A DNA stretch of 64,000 nucleotides, taken from the NCBI GenBank assembly GCA_963815195.1, contig CAWFGE010000020.1:288001-352000 (forward strand), written 5' to 3'. Positions 14,843-25,814 of this stretch are shown here, in pieces. The translations under genes were made by a program, and so were the position numbers. The number at the start of each line of letters is the position of its first letter. Position 1 is the first letter of the stretch. The notes beneath the pieces are model-generated. The model was not told the origin of the DNA. It ran no database searches and was given only the letters and a program-made list of their open reading frames with translations. The stretch is from an uncultured Planctomycetaceae bacterium. Lineage in GTDB: Bacteria; Planctomycetota; Planctomycetia; Planctomycetales; Planctomycetaceae.

Positions 14843-15354
14843 CTACGCCTGGGCGGCCTTGGCGTTGACCGATTGCTCCGCGATTTCCGTCAGCTTATGG
14901 TCGGCTCCGCCTTCCTCGTTGAGGGTTTCCTGGAGCAACTCGGCCGCTTCGGTCAATCCCAGGCGCTGCGAAAGTTGCGGGCTGCCCCGTAGCCGGCCAT
15001 TTCATAGTGTTCCACGCGCTGGGCCGCGGCAATGATCGCCGCGTCTTTGACGTCCGCGTCGCCTTTGGCTTTGATCACTTCTTCCCCTTCGGAGATCAGG
15101 CCTTTCATCGCTTCGCAGGTCTTCGATTTCGCATCTTTGTTGATGAGCGAAAACACGCGTTCGAGCCGATCGATGTGGTTCTCGGTTTCCTGGAGATGGT
15201 GCTGGAAGGCCTGCTTCAGTTTGGAGCATTCGGCGGCCTCGGCCATCTTGGGAAGGGCTTTGGTCAGCCTTTGCTCCGCATCGTAGAGGTCCTGCAGCTC
15301 ATCGTAGAACAAGTCTTCGAGGTTGCGGAATTCGGTGCTGGTAAAAAGTGCCAT
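14843..15354 (-). CDS. Ferritin-like DUF892 / YciF family stress protein (frameshift near 14970)
   Basis: ELQDLYDAEQRL, CEAMKGLISEG and AQRVEHYEMAGYG. The tail LLQETLNEEGGADHKLT continues in an adjacent frame to the stop at 14843. Confidence 0.9.
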
Positions 15355-15598
15355 GGTCTTTACTCCTTAAAAACAAAATCACAAACCATCGGACAGATTC
15401 GGGGAACAAGGCGGCGTCGCCCGGTTTCCCATTTACGAATTTCGCTTCTTTAGTTTGGGGTCCTCTGCTCCCCACAGGTTCATTTTATGACCTGAGGAAA
15501 CCGGCGGTATCGGCGCACGGGGCGAAATCGGCGTGGGAATTTTGCCGGTGCTTCGTGAGAGTCCTTTCCGGCGCGCGTTCGGCAAAACCGGCCGGCGA

Positions 15599-16486
15599 TC
15601 AACCGGCCCGTGTGCTGCCGCCGAGCAGCGTCGTCACTTCGCCCGTGACGTAACGCGAATCGGCGTCCGACGCGAAATACACGTAAAGCGGGGCAATTTC
15701 TTCCGGCTGCGCGGGGCGGCCGTAAGGCGTTTTCCCGCCGAAGTTCTCGATCTCTTCGTCCGAACGCTCCGCGGGGTTCAAAGGCGTCCACACCGGTCCC
15801 GGGGCCACGCAGTTCACGCGAATGCCGCGGTCGGCCAGATTCTGGGCGAGCGATTTGGTGAAGGCGTGAATCGCCCCCTTCGTCGCCGAGTAATCCAGCA
15901 GTTTCGCGCTACCTTCCAAGCCCGTGATCGAGCCGGTGTTGATGATGCAACTCCCCTCGTTCATGTGAGGCAGGGCGGCTTTGATCATGCGGAAGTAGCC
16001 GTAGATGTTGGTCTTGAACGTGTGGTCCCACTGCGCTTCGCTCAGATCCTCGATGCCGTCCTGGTGCTTCTGATAGGCGGCATTGTTGACCAGGATGTCC
16101 AACTGGCCGAACTCGTCGAGCGCGGCTTGGACGGCCGAGCGGCTGAAGTCGGGATCACAAAGATCGCCTTGGATCAGTTGGACTCGGTTGCCGTCGGATT
16201 CGGGCTCGGCGAGTTCGTTGATCGCCTCGAGCGTCTGCTCGGCGTCGGATTGCTCTTCTTCGAGATGGGTGATCGCGACTTTGGCTCCCTCGCGGGCGAA
16301 GAGCACGGCCACGGCGCGGCCGATGCCCGAATCCCCGCCGGTGATCAAGGCAACTTTGCCCCCGAGCTTCCCGGCCGCCCGATAGTCCGCGGCCCGGTAT
16401 TGCAGCTGTGGATGCATCTTGGACTCTTGGCCCGGCTGCTCGAGACCTTGTGGAGGAAAGGGAGGCGTGGGTTTTTTCGTAGACAT
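15599..16486 (-). CDS. SDR family oxidoreductase (general stress protein, YghA/YhxC-like)
   Basis: TGGDSGIGRAVA, NNAA and YSATK motifs; Pro/Gln-rich N-terminal extension. Confidence 0.92.
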   Translation of the reverse strand: MSTKKPTPPFPPQGLEQPGQESKMHPQLQYRAADYRAAGKLGGKVALITGGDSGIGRAVAVLFAREGAKVAITHLEEEQSDAEQTLEAINELAEPESDGNRVQLIQGDLCDPDFSRSAVQAALDEFGQLDILVNNAAYQKHQDGIEDLSEAQWDHTFKTNIYGYFRMIKAALPHMNEGSCIINTGSITGLEGSAKLLDYSATKGAIHAFTKSLAQNLADRGIRVNCVAPGPVWTPLNPAERSDEEIENFGGKTPYGRPAQPEEIAPLYVYFASDADSRYVTGEVTTLLGGSTRAG

Positions 16487-17329
16487 GGCTGAGGGTCTCT
16501 CCTTGTGTGAAACGTTGGCAGGCGGTTATCGGCTGCACGGGCCACAAAAGTGGGCATGCCCCGTGCCGAAGTTCGCGAAGCCGGCCAGCCGCTGCCAATT
16601 TCAGAAGAATCCCCGCCCGCTGCTCCCAAATCATCGGAGGATGAACCAAACGGAGGACCGTGCGAGCGGTCAATTGGTTTGGAATCAACACCGGATCATA
16701 AGAAATCTTCAGGCACACACCCTCTGCGTTCCCCGGCATTGGATCGTCTCGGCGATAAAACGGTGAACTGTCATCGTGCGGCTTGCCCTCTCATCGTTCT
16801 GGATAAGCGCCAGCAATTCCGCCCGGGTGTATTCCCCCGCCGAGAGTTCGTTAAACCCCCGTTGCTTTTTTGCTTTCGTTCCAATGCGGATTCGGGAAAA
16901 AGCCGGATACAGAAAATCTCAGAAACGCATAAAAGTAAACAAAAACTCCCAGGCAACGATATTTCCCCTTGGAAACAATTAAGGAAGGGACCCGAATGCA
17001 AAAACTTTTTCCAATCGATGGAAATCTTCCCGACGTATCTTGCACAAGCTTCCTAAACTGTGTACCCTAACTCCATTATCACCCGCAACCTGTTTTGATG
17101 GCAGGTTTGAAACCCTTTTTTTGTGGTTTCTGGCAATGCTGCTCGGTTGGTTGCTCACCGCTTGAGCAATCTTTATTTCCGCGAAGACCCCACCTCCGTG
17201 TTGATGGTGAAGGTCTCTATGTGCCCATAACAGGCATACCCGATTCTGCCCCACGGCCATCTTTGCGCTCTCCGTGCGCAAACCTGACCCTTTTGTCTCT
17301 CAATTCACTCACTTAGGACGAGGTTGACC

Positions 17330-20300
17330 ATGATTCGTCGCAAGAGCAATGTCCTCACCGCCGGGCTTCGAGAAGGGCGGTTTGCTAATATGAGCCGTCG
17401 TCTGTTTCGATCGGGCCTGTCTCGCCGATCCAAAAGCCGATGGGGAATTTCGGCGGAAATTGATCGTTTGGAGGAAAGAACCCTGCTGACCGCCAATCCC
17501 CTTGCGGGCCAGTTTATGGTGAGGGAGACCAATGCGTTCGAAGGCTCGAACCCGTCGGTCGCGGTGCAGGAATCGACGGGCGATTTTGTCGTGGCCTGGG
17601 CCAGCTTTGAACAACCCGGAGGCGATACAAGCGGACTGGGGATTTATGTCCAACTCTTCAATGCGGACGGAACCGCCAAGACGGATCCGCTTCTCGTCAA
17701 TTCATTCACTCAAGGGGATCAGGATTCTCCGACTGTCGCCATCGATGCGAACGGGAATTTCGTCGTCGCCTGGGAAAGCCTGGGGCAGGACGGCAGCGGG
17801 TATGGAGTTTATGCGGAACAATTCACCGTGGAGACCGTGGCCGATGTGACGACCGCTACGGGAGGCGGGGAATTTCGGGTCAATACCGAGACCACGGACG
17901 ACCAGGAAGCGCCCGCCATCGGCATGGACCTGGCGGGGAATTTTGTCATCGCCTGGCAAAGCTTCGGGCAGGACGGCGACGGGTACGGCATTTATGCTCA
18001 ACAATACATGGCCGACGGCAGCGCAATCGGCGGTGAATTTCAAGTCAACACTGTGAACACAGACGGCGATCAGACAAACCCCACCGTGGCCGTTGCCAAA
18101 TCGACCATGAATGCGAATTTTGTCATCGCCTGGCAAGGCCAAGCGGCCGCGGCGCCCGGCGAAGTGGAAACGAGCGTGGAGATTTACGCCCACCTTTATG
18201 GTGACAACAATTCGACGCGGACCGATATCCGGGATGAATTCCTGGTCAATACCATCACGGACAAGGACCAGATCAATCCCGCGGTCTGCGATGGATGCGA
18301 ATGGAGACGTTGTGATCGCCTGGGAAACGGGCGGACAAACGGGCAGCGGTTCGGATATCAAAGCCCAACAGTTTAACGCGGCAGGAACGGCCGATCCCGC
18401 CGGGGAATTTCTCGTCAATGAGACGCCGGCCGAGGGACAACGCAATCCCGCCGTGGGCATGGATGATTCGGGGAATTTTCTGGTGACCTGGCAGAGCTCG
18501 CATCAGGACGGGTTTAGCTGGGGAATCTACGGCCGCGAATATGCCGCCAATGGGAATACCATCGAACACGAATTCCTCGTCAATACGCGGGTGCAAGGAC
18601 CGCAGACGAACCCCGCCGTGGGCGTCAACAGCCAAGGCAACGCCGTGGTGGTCTGGCTCGGATTGGATGCTAACCACACGCCGGCCGTTCAAGCGCAGCG
18701 GTATCAGTTGCCGATGGTGAATCCCAACTTCACCGTGGGCGGGGAAATCGTGCTCGCCAATTACGTCGCGCTGGAAGAAGCCCCGCCCTCGGCGGCCATG
18801 AATGCGAGGCGGGAATTTGTTGTCGTGTGGGAGAGCTACGAAGACACCGGCGATTACAGCGGACTGGGGATCTTCGGGCGGCGCTTCGATCGCGAGGGCA
18901 ATCCGCTGGGCGATGCGTTTCTCGTCAACACCACCACGCTCAACAACCAGAGCCATCCCGACGTGGCCAGCGACACCCAGGGAAACTTCGTCGTGGTCTG
19001 GGAAGCGGACGACCAGGATGGCAGCGGCCACGGGATTTTCGCCCAGCTCTACGATTCCGCCGGCAACAAGATCGGCGGGGAGTTTCAGGTCAACACAACG
19101 ACCGCGGGCGATCAGGGATTTCCGTCGGTGGCGATGCAAGCCAACGGGGATTTTGTCGTGGCCTGGCAGGGACCGGACGCCGACGGCAACGGGATCTTTG
19201 CCCGGCGGTTTCAGGCCGACGGCACGCCCGTCGACTCGCTCGAATTTCCCGTGAACTCCCAGACGGCCCTCGATCAGTTCTCGCCGGACGTGGCGATCAA
19301 TGAGAAGGGCCAGTTTGTGATCGCCTGGGTCAGCGACCATTTGGCGGTCACAAACCCGGAACTGATGGATAGCGAGAAAAGCATCTTCGTGCAGTGGTTC
19401 GACTCGGACGGCAGTTCCACGGGCGAGGAAGTTTTGGTGCACAGCCTCAACCCGGCCTACGATGCCCAAGAAGCTCCCGCGGTGGCCATCAACGAAAACG
19501 GCGACTTCACGGTGGTCTTCCAAAGCATCAACCAGGATGGCAATTCCTGGGGCGTGTTCGCGCGGCAGTTCCTCGCGGATAAAACCCCCGTGCAGCCGAT
19601 GGAGTTTCAGGTGAATGAAACCACCCAAGGCCCGCAGCGCTTTCCGGCAATTGTGATGGATCAGGTGGGGAATTTCGTCATCAGTTGGCAAAGCAACCAT
19701 CAGGATGAGAGCAGTTGGGCCATTTTCAATCGTGCGTATTCTCGCGCTGGCGTGCCTCTCACGGGAGAGATGCAAGTCAATACCTACGGAAAAGGACCGC
19801 AGGTTCTCCCCGCGATGGCGGGCACGCCGGAAGGAGGCTATGGAATCTTCTGGCTCGGCCAAGGCACGGACCAGACCGAAGGCGTCCAAGGTCGGCTTTA
19901 CGTCACGCCGCGAATCTGGGCGGCGTCGGTCCACGGCCAGGGACAACCGCCAACGGTCGCTGTCTATGAAGGGCAATCCGATCAAGAGAAATTCACCATC
20001 GATGCCTATCCCAATTATTTGGGGAGCGTTCGCATCGCGTTGGGCGACGTGAATGCCGACGGCACGCCGGACATTATCACCGCCCCGGGACCGGGCGGCG
20101 GCCCTCACATTCATGTCTTCGATGGAGTCACAGGCGAGCAATTGCCCGGCCTCGTCGGCAGTTTTATGGCCTATGACCTTCAGTGGAGAGGCGGCGTGTA
20201 CGTGGCGTCCGCCGATCTTGATGGCGACGGGTTCGATGACATCATCACCGGTGCCGACGCCGGCGGCGGCCCCGACGTCCGCGTCTTCAGCGGCCAGGAC

Positions 20301-21446
20301 GGGCACTTGATGTACGACCTATACGCCTACGATCCGAATTGGAGCGGCGGAGTCCGCGTGGCGGCGGGCGATGTGAACGACGATGGAACGCCCGAAATTA
20401 TCACGGCACCGGGTCCCGGCGGCGGGCCGAACGTCCGGGTTTTTGACGGCAAAAATCCCATCGCCAACGGGGCCGCGAATATGCTGCCCGGAGCCATCGG
20501 CAACTATTACGCTTACGATTCGGCGTGGACCGGAGGCGTGAATATCTCCGCCGGCGAATTCGATGGGCTCCCAGGCGTCGATGTGGTGACCTCGGCCGGA
20601 GCCACCGGCGGCCCGCACGTTCGCGTCGCGGAGGCCGAGAGTTTCAACGGTTTCAATTATGTCGTCGATTTCATGGCCTATGACTCAGACTACCGGGGCG
20701 GGGTGAGCGTCGCGACAACCGACTACAATGGCGACGGAACCCCCGACATTCTCACCGGACAACTTGAGGGGCCGGACGCGGAAGTGCGCATCTTCGATGG
20801 AACGACCCTGCCGGGCGGCACCTACTCGGATATCTTCCCGCCGCTCGTCAGCTTCACCCCCTCCTTCCCCGGCGGGGCGTTTGTGACCGGCAACTTGGGC
20901 GAGGGCATCGGCCTGGGCTCTCCGCTGCGGGCCGCGGATGCTCCCGCACCGTCCGGCGCCGACTCCGCTCCGCTCACGCAGGAGCAACTCGCAGAAACGG
21001 TTCAGGCGGCGATCGGTCAATGGCAGTCCCTGCCACTGAGTGCCCAACAACAAGCGGATTTGGCGAACGTTCAATTCTCCGTCCGCGATCTGCCCGGCGA
21101 TTTGTTGGGTTTGACCCGGCTTGGGCAGATCGTTCTCGACGTGAATGCCGCCGGTTTCGGCTGGTTTGTCGATCCCACACCCGAAATGAACACCGAGTTT
21201 GGGTTGATGATTGGAACAAGTTATCAATCCACGGATCCGATCATCTCGTCGGAGATGGATGTGCTCACGGTCGTCAACCACGAACTGGCGCACTTGCTCG
21301 GAGCGGAAGACCTCCAAGACGGAGCCGATTCCACGGGTCTGATGGCGCCGACCCTGACGGCGGGAACCCGGAAAATCGTGGACCGAAGCGTGCTCGATCA
21401 ACTTTTTTCCAGTTCCGACGTGGCTGAAGCTTTGTTAGCGAATTAG
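17330..21446 (+). CDS. Large secreted LEPR-XLL domain protein with tandem beta-repeats, FG-GAP-like repeats and a C-terminal HExxH motif (frameshift near 18288)
   Basis: IDRLEERTLL planctomycete motif; many 'EFxVN...Q..PxVAxDxxGxFVVxW' repeats; GDVNxDGTPDII repeats; HELAHLLG. Confidence 0.85.
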
Positions 21447-21494
21447 CACGGTCCTCATCGAGAAACGCGCCCTGCCAAAAATCCGAACAGTGCC

Positions 21495-21536
21495 CGCACC
21501 GCCGCGCATCCTATGCGCGCCCGGTGCGTTTTTTTT
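21495..21536 (+). terminator. Rho-independent terminator
   Basis: CGCACCG-CCGCGCAT / ATGCGCG-CC-CGGTGCG hairpin followed by T8, just after the CDS stop. Confidence 0.75.
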
Positions 21537-21760
21537 GCGCAGGCGAAAAAACCCGTCGCCCCCTTTCCCTTGGGACGAGATTCGGACACTCGACACTTGA
21601 ATCGGGGTTCTCGAACGATTAGCCTTTATTGATCTATCCAGCGACGGTTCCGGTTTTTTTGAAGTTTTTTGTCGGGAATTGTCTGATATCGCCTGGGAAA
21701 ATCGATCTTTCCGTTAATGTTCGTGGCAGAATGACCTATTTCACGGCGTCCTCAGCTTGA

Positions 21761-24283
21761 ATGCGGATCAGCAATATGGCCCACTCCGACAAATCGTCCG
21801 CTCGTGCAAATTCCAACAGATTTGCCGATCTGCTGAATTCCGGTACCGAGCCTGTTTCGCAGGCGCTGACGATGGTTTTCACCGATCTGGAGGGGTCCAC
21901 GTCGCTGAAGGAAGAGATGGGCGACGACCTCGCGTCGAGCTTGATCCGCCGGCATTGCGATTTGGTCAAGCGGATTTGTGAAACCGAGAAGGGCGAGATC
22001 GTCAACAACCCGGGCGACGGGTTCTTTTTGACGTTCGAGAAGCCGAGCCAGGCGGTGCGGTTTGCCCTCAGGATCCAATTCGCCCATTCTGAAGATACGG
22101 ATCTTCCCGGCGTGCGGATCGGGATTCATCACGGCGAGGTCAACGTGGCGGGCGGCCTCGGCGGGTATTTGGGAATCGAAGTCGACACCGCCGCCCGCAT
22201 CGAGCAGATCGCGCGGCCCGGCCAGATCCTGGTTTCGTCGTCGGCGTTCAAAAGCGCCAAGGCGCGCGTGCGGGACATCGAAAACGGAAAGCCCGTGCAT
22301 TGGAAATGGTACGGCGAATACCAGCTCAGGGGCGTGGAAGAGCCCATCGCTTTGGGCGAGGTGGGAATCGAAGGCATGTCTCCGTTTGCGCCGCCCCATT
22401 CGCACCCGTCCGTGACGGAAATCCCCATGGGCGGAGTCGATCGATTCATGCCCCACCGCGACCAGAATCCGCTGATTGCACAACGGTCGCAAATGGAGAA
22501 CGGCCGGCGGTCCAACTGGGTCTCGCTTGTGGGAAGCATGATTCTGCTGTTGGGGGCGGGCCTGGCTGCCGGATATTTCGCCGCACTCCATCAGGCCGAC
22601 GGCGATTATGGGCCCAAGATCGAATCGCTCTCGGAGCAGTTGAAGCAGACCAGCGATCAAAAGAAGCAATCCGACCTAAAGCTCGCCAAGCTCCAACAGA
22701 CGCTCGAGCCGCCCGAATTGAAAAGCTACCTCGCGCGAGTGATCCGCGAGCGGAAAGGTGCGTGGGCCGGCAAGTTCGAGCAGCTTTATGCCACCGGGAC
22801 GCTATTTATGCTCACGCCCAAAGCCACGCACAGCAAGCTGATGGGCGTTTACGGCCGGCTCCTGCGCTGGCGGCTCGACATCGACAAGCTCGACCAAAAG
22901 GACAAAGTCCTTTTATTACTCACCGGCTATTCCAACGAAGCGGAATCGCTGGGCCAGAACGAAAGCGTCGGCGAGTACATCAACTCGCGGATCGAACACC
23001 TCCTGTTCGATAAAGATCTCCTCACTTGCGATCTGGATTTGGACACGGCCCACGTCACGCAAAAGGGCATCCTCGTTCTCGGCGAGCCGGCCGCGGGCAA
23101 AAGCACGCTGCTGAAATACCTCGAACTCGAATCCGCCCGCTGGGCCCTGGGCGACGCCTCGGCCCTCGTTCCCGTCCGCGTCGAACTGGGCGAGTTGGAA
23201 AAAGGCAACCACGAGGAGTTGCTCAAGCGGATCGAAAACATCGCCCAAGCACCCGGGAGCGGCGAATCGGGAAAACTCGTGCTGCCGGCGTCGCACAAGT
23301 ATCTGCTCCTCATCGATGCCCTGGACGAGTCGCCCGATCCGCGGACGGCGGCGGCCGCCTGCATCAAACTCTCCCAGGACAAGCGCGTGGGGCGGATTAT
23401 CGTCACCTCGCGGATCATCAATTACGATGTGCTCTTGCAAGGCGGCGAATTCGACCTGACGGAACACGGATTTCGCACCTGCCTCTATTATGGGCAGTCG
23501 CTGGCGGCGGTCGAAAAGCGGATCCTCACCTCCCGGCAGTCGGCACAACGGCAGAACCTGCTCGGTCTGCTCGCCGATTCCGAGAAACGCCCCGTGTGGA
23601 TGCAGTTCTTCCGCATGCCCGCGAACTTCGATTTTGCCAGCGACTTTCTGCTCGACGACGACCTGACGAAACTCGAATCGCCGAACCGCTTCAGCGTGCT
23701 GGAAAGCTACCTGGGGAACCTGATGAGAAAACGCGACTGGCCGGGCGCCCGGCCGGCGCAGCAGGAACTGGACGACATGCTCGCGCGGGTCGCGGCCGAT
23801 GTCATTCAAACCCCCGCGCGGTCGTCGTTTGCCGATTTGCAAGTCCGCGAGGCAATGGAACGGGGCCAGAAGCACGCCATCAGCGACGAGGACTGGAAGC
23901 AAATCGAAAACCGCCTGAACTTCGCCACGAAAGTCGGCATCATCGAGAAGATCAAAGGCGGCTTCAAGTTTCGGCACGTGCAGTTTCTCGAATACTACGC
24001 CGCCCGTTCGGATTTGGACTGGGAGAAAGTCGATCCCGCCGACGTGAGCTGGCGGGAGGTGGTCCTATTCAAGTCGGCCATCGGCGACCCGGCCGCACGG
24101 GCGCTCGTGAAGCGAATCGTCGCCCTCGCCAAGCGGCCGGCTTCCCAAAGCCCCAACCGCCCGTCGCACGATTACGTCGTTCAGCTCGCCATTCAGTGCA
24201 TCGACAGCGGCCCGCTCCGCGACGATTCCGAATTCCTCCAGGACCGCAACGATCTGGCGAAGCTCACGCTTGCGCAAAACTAA
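21761..24283 (+). CDS. Class III nucleotide cyclase domain + hydrophobic helix + NACHT/STAND NTPase fusion
   Basis: VFTDLEGST, PGDGFF, RIGIHHGEV and VDTAARIE (cyclase); hydrophobic segment LVGSMILLLGAGLAAGYF; GEPAAGKST Walker A; LLIDALDE Walker B; FRHVQFLEYYAA. Confidence 0.85.
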   Translation: MRISNMAHSDKSSARANSNRFADLLNSGTEPVSQALTMVFTDLEGSTSLKEEMGDDLASSLIRRHCDLVKRICETEKGEIVNNPGDGFFLTFEKPSQAVRFALRIQFAHSEDTDLPGVRIGIHHGEVNVAGGLGGYLGIEVDTAARIEQIARPGQILVSSSAFKSAKARVRDIENGKPVHWKWYGEYQLRGVEEPIALGEVGIEGMSPFAPPHSHPSVTEIPMGGVDRFMPHRDQNPLIAQRSQMENGRRSNWVSLVGSMILLLGAGLAAGYFAALHQADGDYGPKIESLSEQLKQTSDQKKQSDLKLAKLQQTLEPPELKSYLARVIRERKGAWAGKFEQLYATGTLFMLTPKATHSKLMGVYGRLLRWRLDIDKLDQKDKVLLLLTGYSNEAESLGQNESVGEYINSRIEHLLFDKDLLTCDLDLDTAHVTQKGILVLGEPAAGKSTLLKYLELESARWALGDASALVPVRVELGELEKGNHEELLKRIENIAQAPGSGESGKLVLPASHKYLLLIDALDESPDPRTAAAACIKLSQDKRVGRIIVTSRIINYDVLLQGGEFDLTEHGFRTCLYYGQSLAAVEKRILTSRQSAQRQNLLGLLADSEKRPVWMQFFRMPANFDFASDFLLDDDLTKLESPNRFSVLESYLGNLMRKRDWPGARPAQQELDDMLARVAADVIQTPARSSFADLQVREAMERGQKHAISDEDWKQIENRLNFATKVGIIEKIKGGFKFRHVQFLEYYAARSDLDWEKVDPADVSWREVVLFKSAIGDPAARALVKRIVALAKRPASQSPNRPSHDYVVQLAIQCIDSGPLRDDSEFLQDRNDLAKLTLAQN

Positions 24284-24437
24284 ACCCCGGCATCCGCAAG
24301 TTTGTCGTGAGGTTCCGTGCGAGTTTCCAGGGCCGGCGCCGCCATTGAAAAGACGCGAGCGCGCTATCGCAATCAACGGCCGAAGACGTCGGGTCGCTGG
24401 TTATCTTCTTGGCCGTTTTGCGGTACAATTCCGAGCC

Positions 24438-25448
24438 ATGACCTTCGACCAACACAAAGCCGGTGAGCCCTCTGCCATGACGTTTGCCATCGAGTTTGAC
24501 TTCAACGAAATGCGGGAGCAGACGGTTTCCTTGGGAGACGTGCCCAGCCAGGCCCCGGCGGGATTTTATTATTGGATCGATCTGGAAAGCGAGCCGAAGT
24601 CCGCCGTGGTCGGAGTCCTCGAGCGGATGGGGCTCGATGCTTTTACGATCGATGCGGTTTACGACGATGACGGCCCGCCGCGGTTCAACGTGTTTCAATC
24701 TTGCCTGCAATTCACGTTGCGGGAAGCCCGGCTGGTGAGGGGGGAGTTTGTCACGATCCCGGTGCAGATCATTCTGGGGCCGCACTTCATGCTCACTCTG
24801 CACCAGGGGGCTGTCGAGTTCCTGTCGGACATGAAGCGGACCTACCGCGAGGACTTTCGCGCGCACAGCCGGTCCCACGGGTTTTTGCTGTTCGAACTCG
24901 CCGACCATTTGACGCACATCTACCGATTGACGCTGACGATGATCAGCGACATGATCGAAGGCATCGAGACGCAGCTCCTGGGCGAAGCCGAGGACGAGAT
25001 TTTCCGCGATGTGTCGGATTTGATCCGCTGGCTGCTCGATTTTCGGAAAGTCATCGTCTCGTCGCGCGAGACGGTGCACGAGCTGGCGACGCGGAAGTCG
25101 CCTTTCATCAGCGAGACCACGCAGCCGTTTCTGGAAAAGAAAGGCGTGCTGCTCGAACGCCTGAGCGCCGACGTGACCACCGAGCGGGAAGTGCTCTCGG
25201 AAAGCCTGAACCTCTACATGGGCATCGTGAGCTACCGTACGAATCAGGTGGTGACGAAGCTTACCATGGTAAGCATGATCTTTCTGCCGTTGAGCTTTCT
25301 CGTCGGGTTGTACGGGATGAATTTCGGCGCGGCGGAGACCACCATGCCGGAGCTCAGTTGGAGGTACGGCTATGTATTTTTCTGGTGCATCGTCACGCTC
25401 ATCGTGGGGTTGCTTTTATACTGGATGAAACGCAACAAGTGGCTGTGA
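24438..25448 (+). CDS. CorA family magnesium transporter
   Basis: YWIDL near the N-terminus; FLPLSFLVGLYGMNF signature; two C-terminal TM helices. Confidence 0.92.
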   Translation: MTFDQHKAGEPSAMTFAIEFDFNEMREQTVSLGDVPSQAPAGFYYWIDLESEPKSAVVGVLERMGLDAFTIDAVYDDDGPPRFNVFQSCLQFTLREARLVRGEFVTIPVQIILGPHFMLTLHQGAVEFLSDMKRTYREDFRAHSRSHGFLLFELADHLTHIYRLTLTMISDMIEGIETQLLGEAEDEIFRDVSDLIRWLLDFRKVIVSSRETVHELATRKSPFISETTQPFLEKKGVLLERLSADVTTEREVLSESLNLYMGIVSYRTNQVVTKLTMVSMIFLPLSFLVGLYGMNFGAAETTMPELSWRYGYVFFWCIVTLIVGLLLYWMKRNKWL

Positions 25449-25480
25449 GTCGCGACGACCACGCGCGCCGTTCTCAGAGG

Positions 25481-25615
25481 GAACCGGGGCTAGCGCCCTG
25501 CGGCTAATGAAAAATTAGCCGGAACGCGCTGCGCGTCCGGTTTCGAGAGCGCACGCGAAAATCATGCGAACCGGGGCTAGCGCCCTGCGGCTAATGAAGT
25601 ATCAGCCGGAACGTG
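25481..25615. repeat. Tandem REP-like palindromic units (GAACCGGGGCTAGCGCCCTGCGGCTAATGAA x2 with inverted partner units)
   Basis: Identical 31-mers at 25481-25511 and 25568-25598; related copies near 26916, 27342-27409 and 46486-46567. Confidence 0.85.
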
Positions 25616-25814
25616 CGCTTTGTGATGCCAACCCCCACGCACGAAATCCGAAATCCAGTCGTTCCCAGATACGAACAAAGGGCCGAAGGCCCGGCTCTAT
25701 GTAAGCCCAGGGCGAAGCCCTGGGAACCGGGAACGAAAAATGCAAAAGCCCCACCCGGGCGGCCCTAAACCGGACATTGGAATTTGTGTCGGATTTCGAA
25801 TCTTCCCCCGGCGA

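Noticed and set aside
16550..17316. Short ORFs in the AT-richer intergenic region
   Set aside because: They overlap each other, have atypical composition, and show no motifs or clear RBS.
25481..25615. Possible CRISPR array (31-bp direct repeats)
   Set aside because: There are only two units, the intervening sequence is itself a repeated palindrome, related copies are dispersed, and no cas genes are present. It fits REP/BIME-like repeats.
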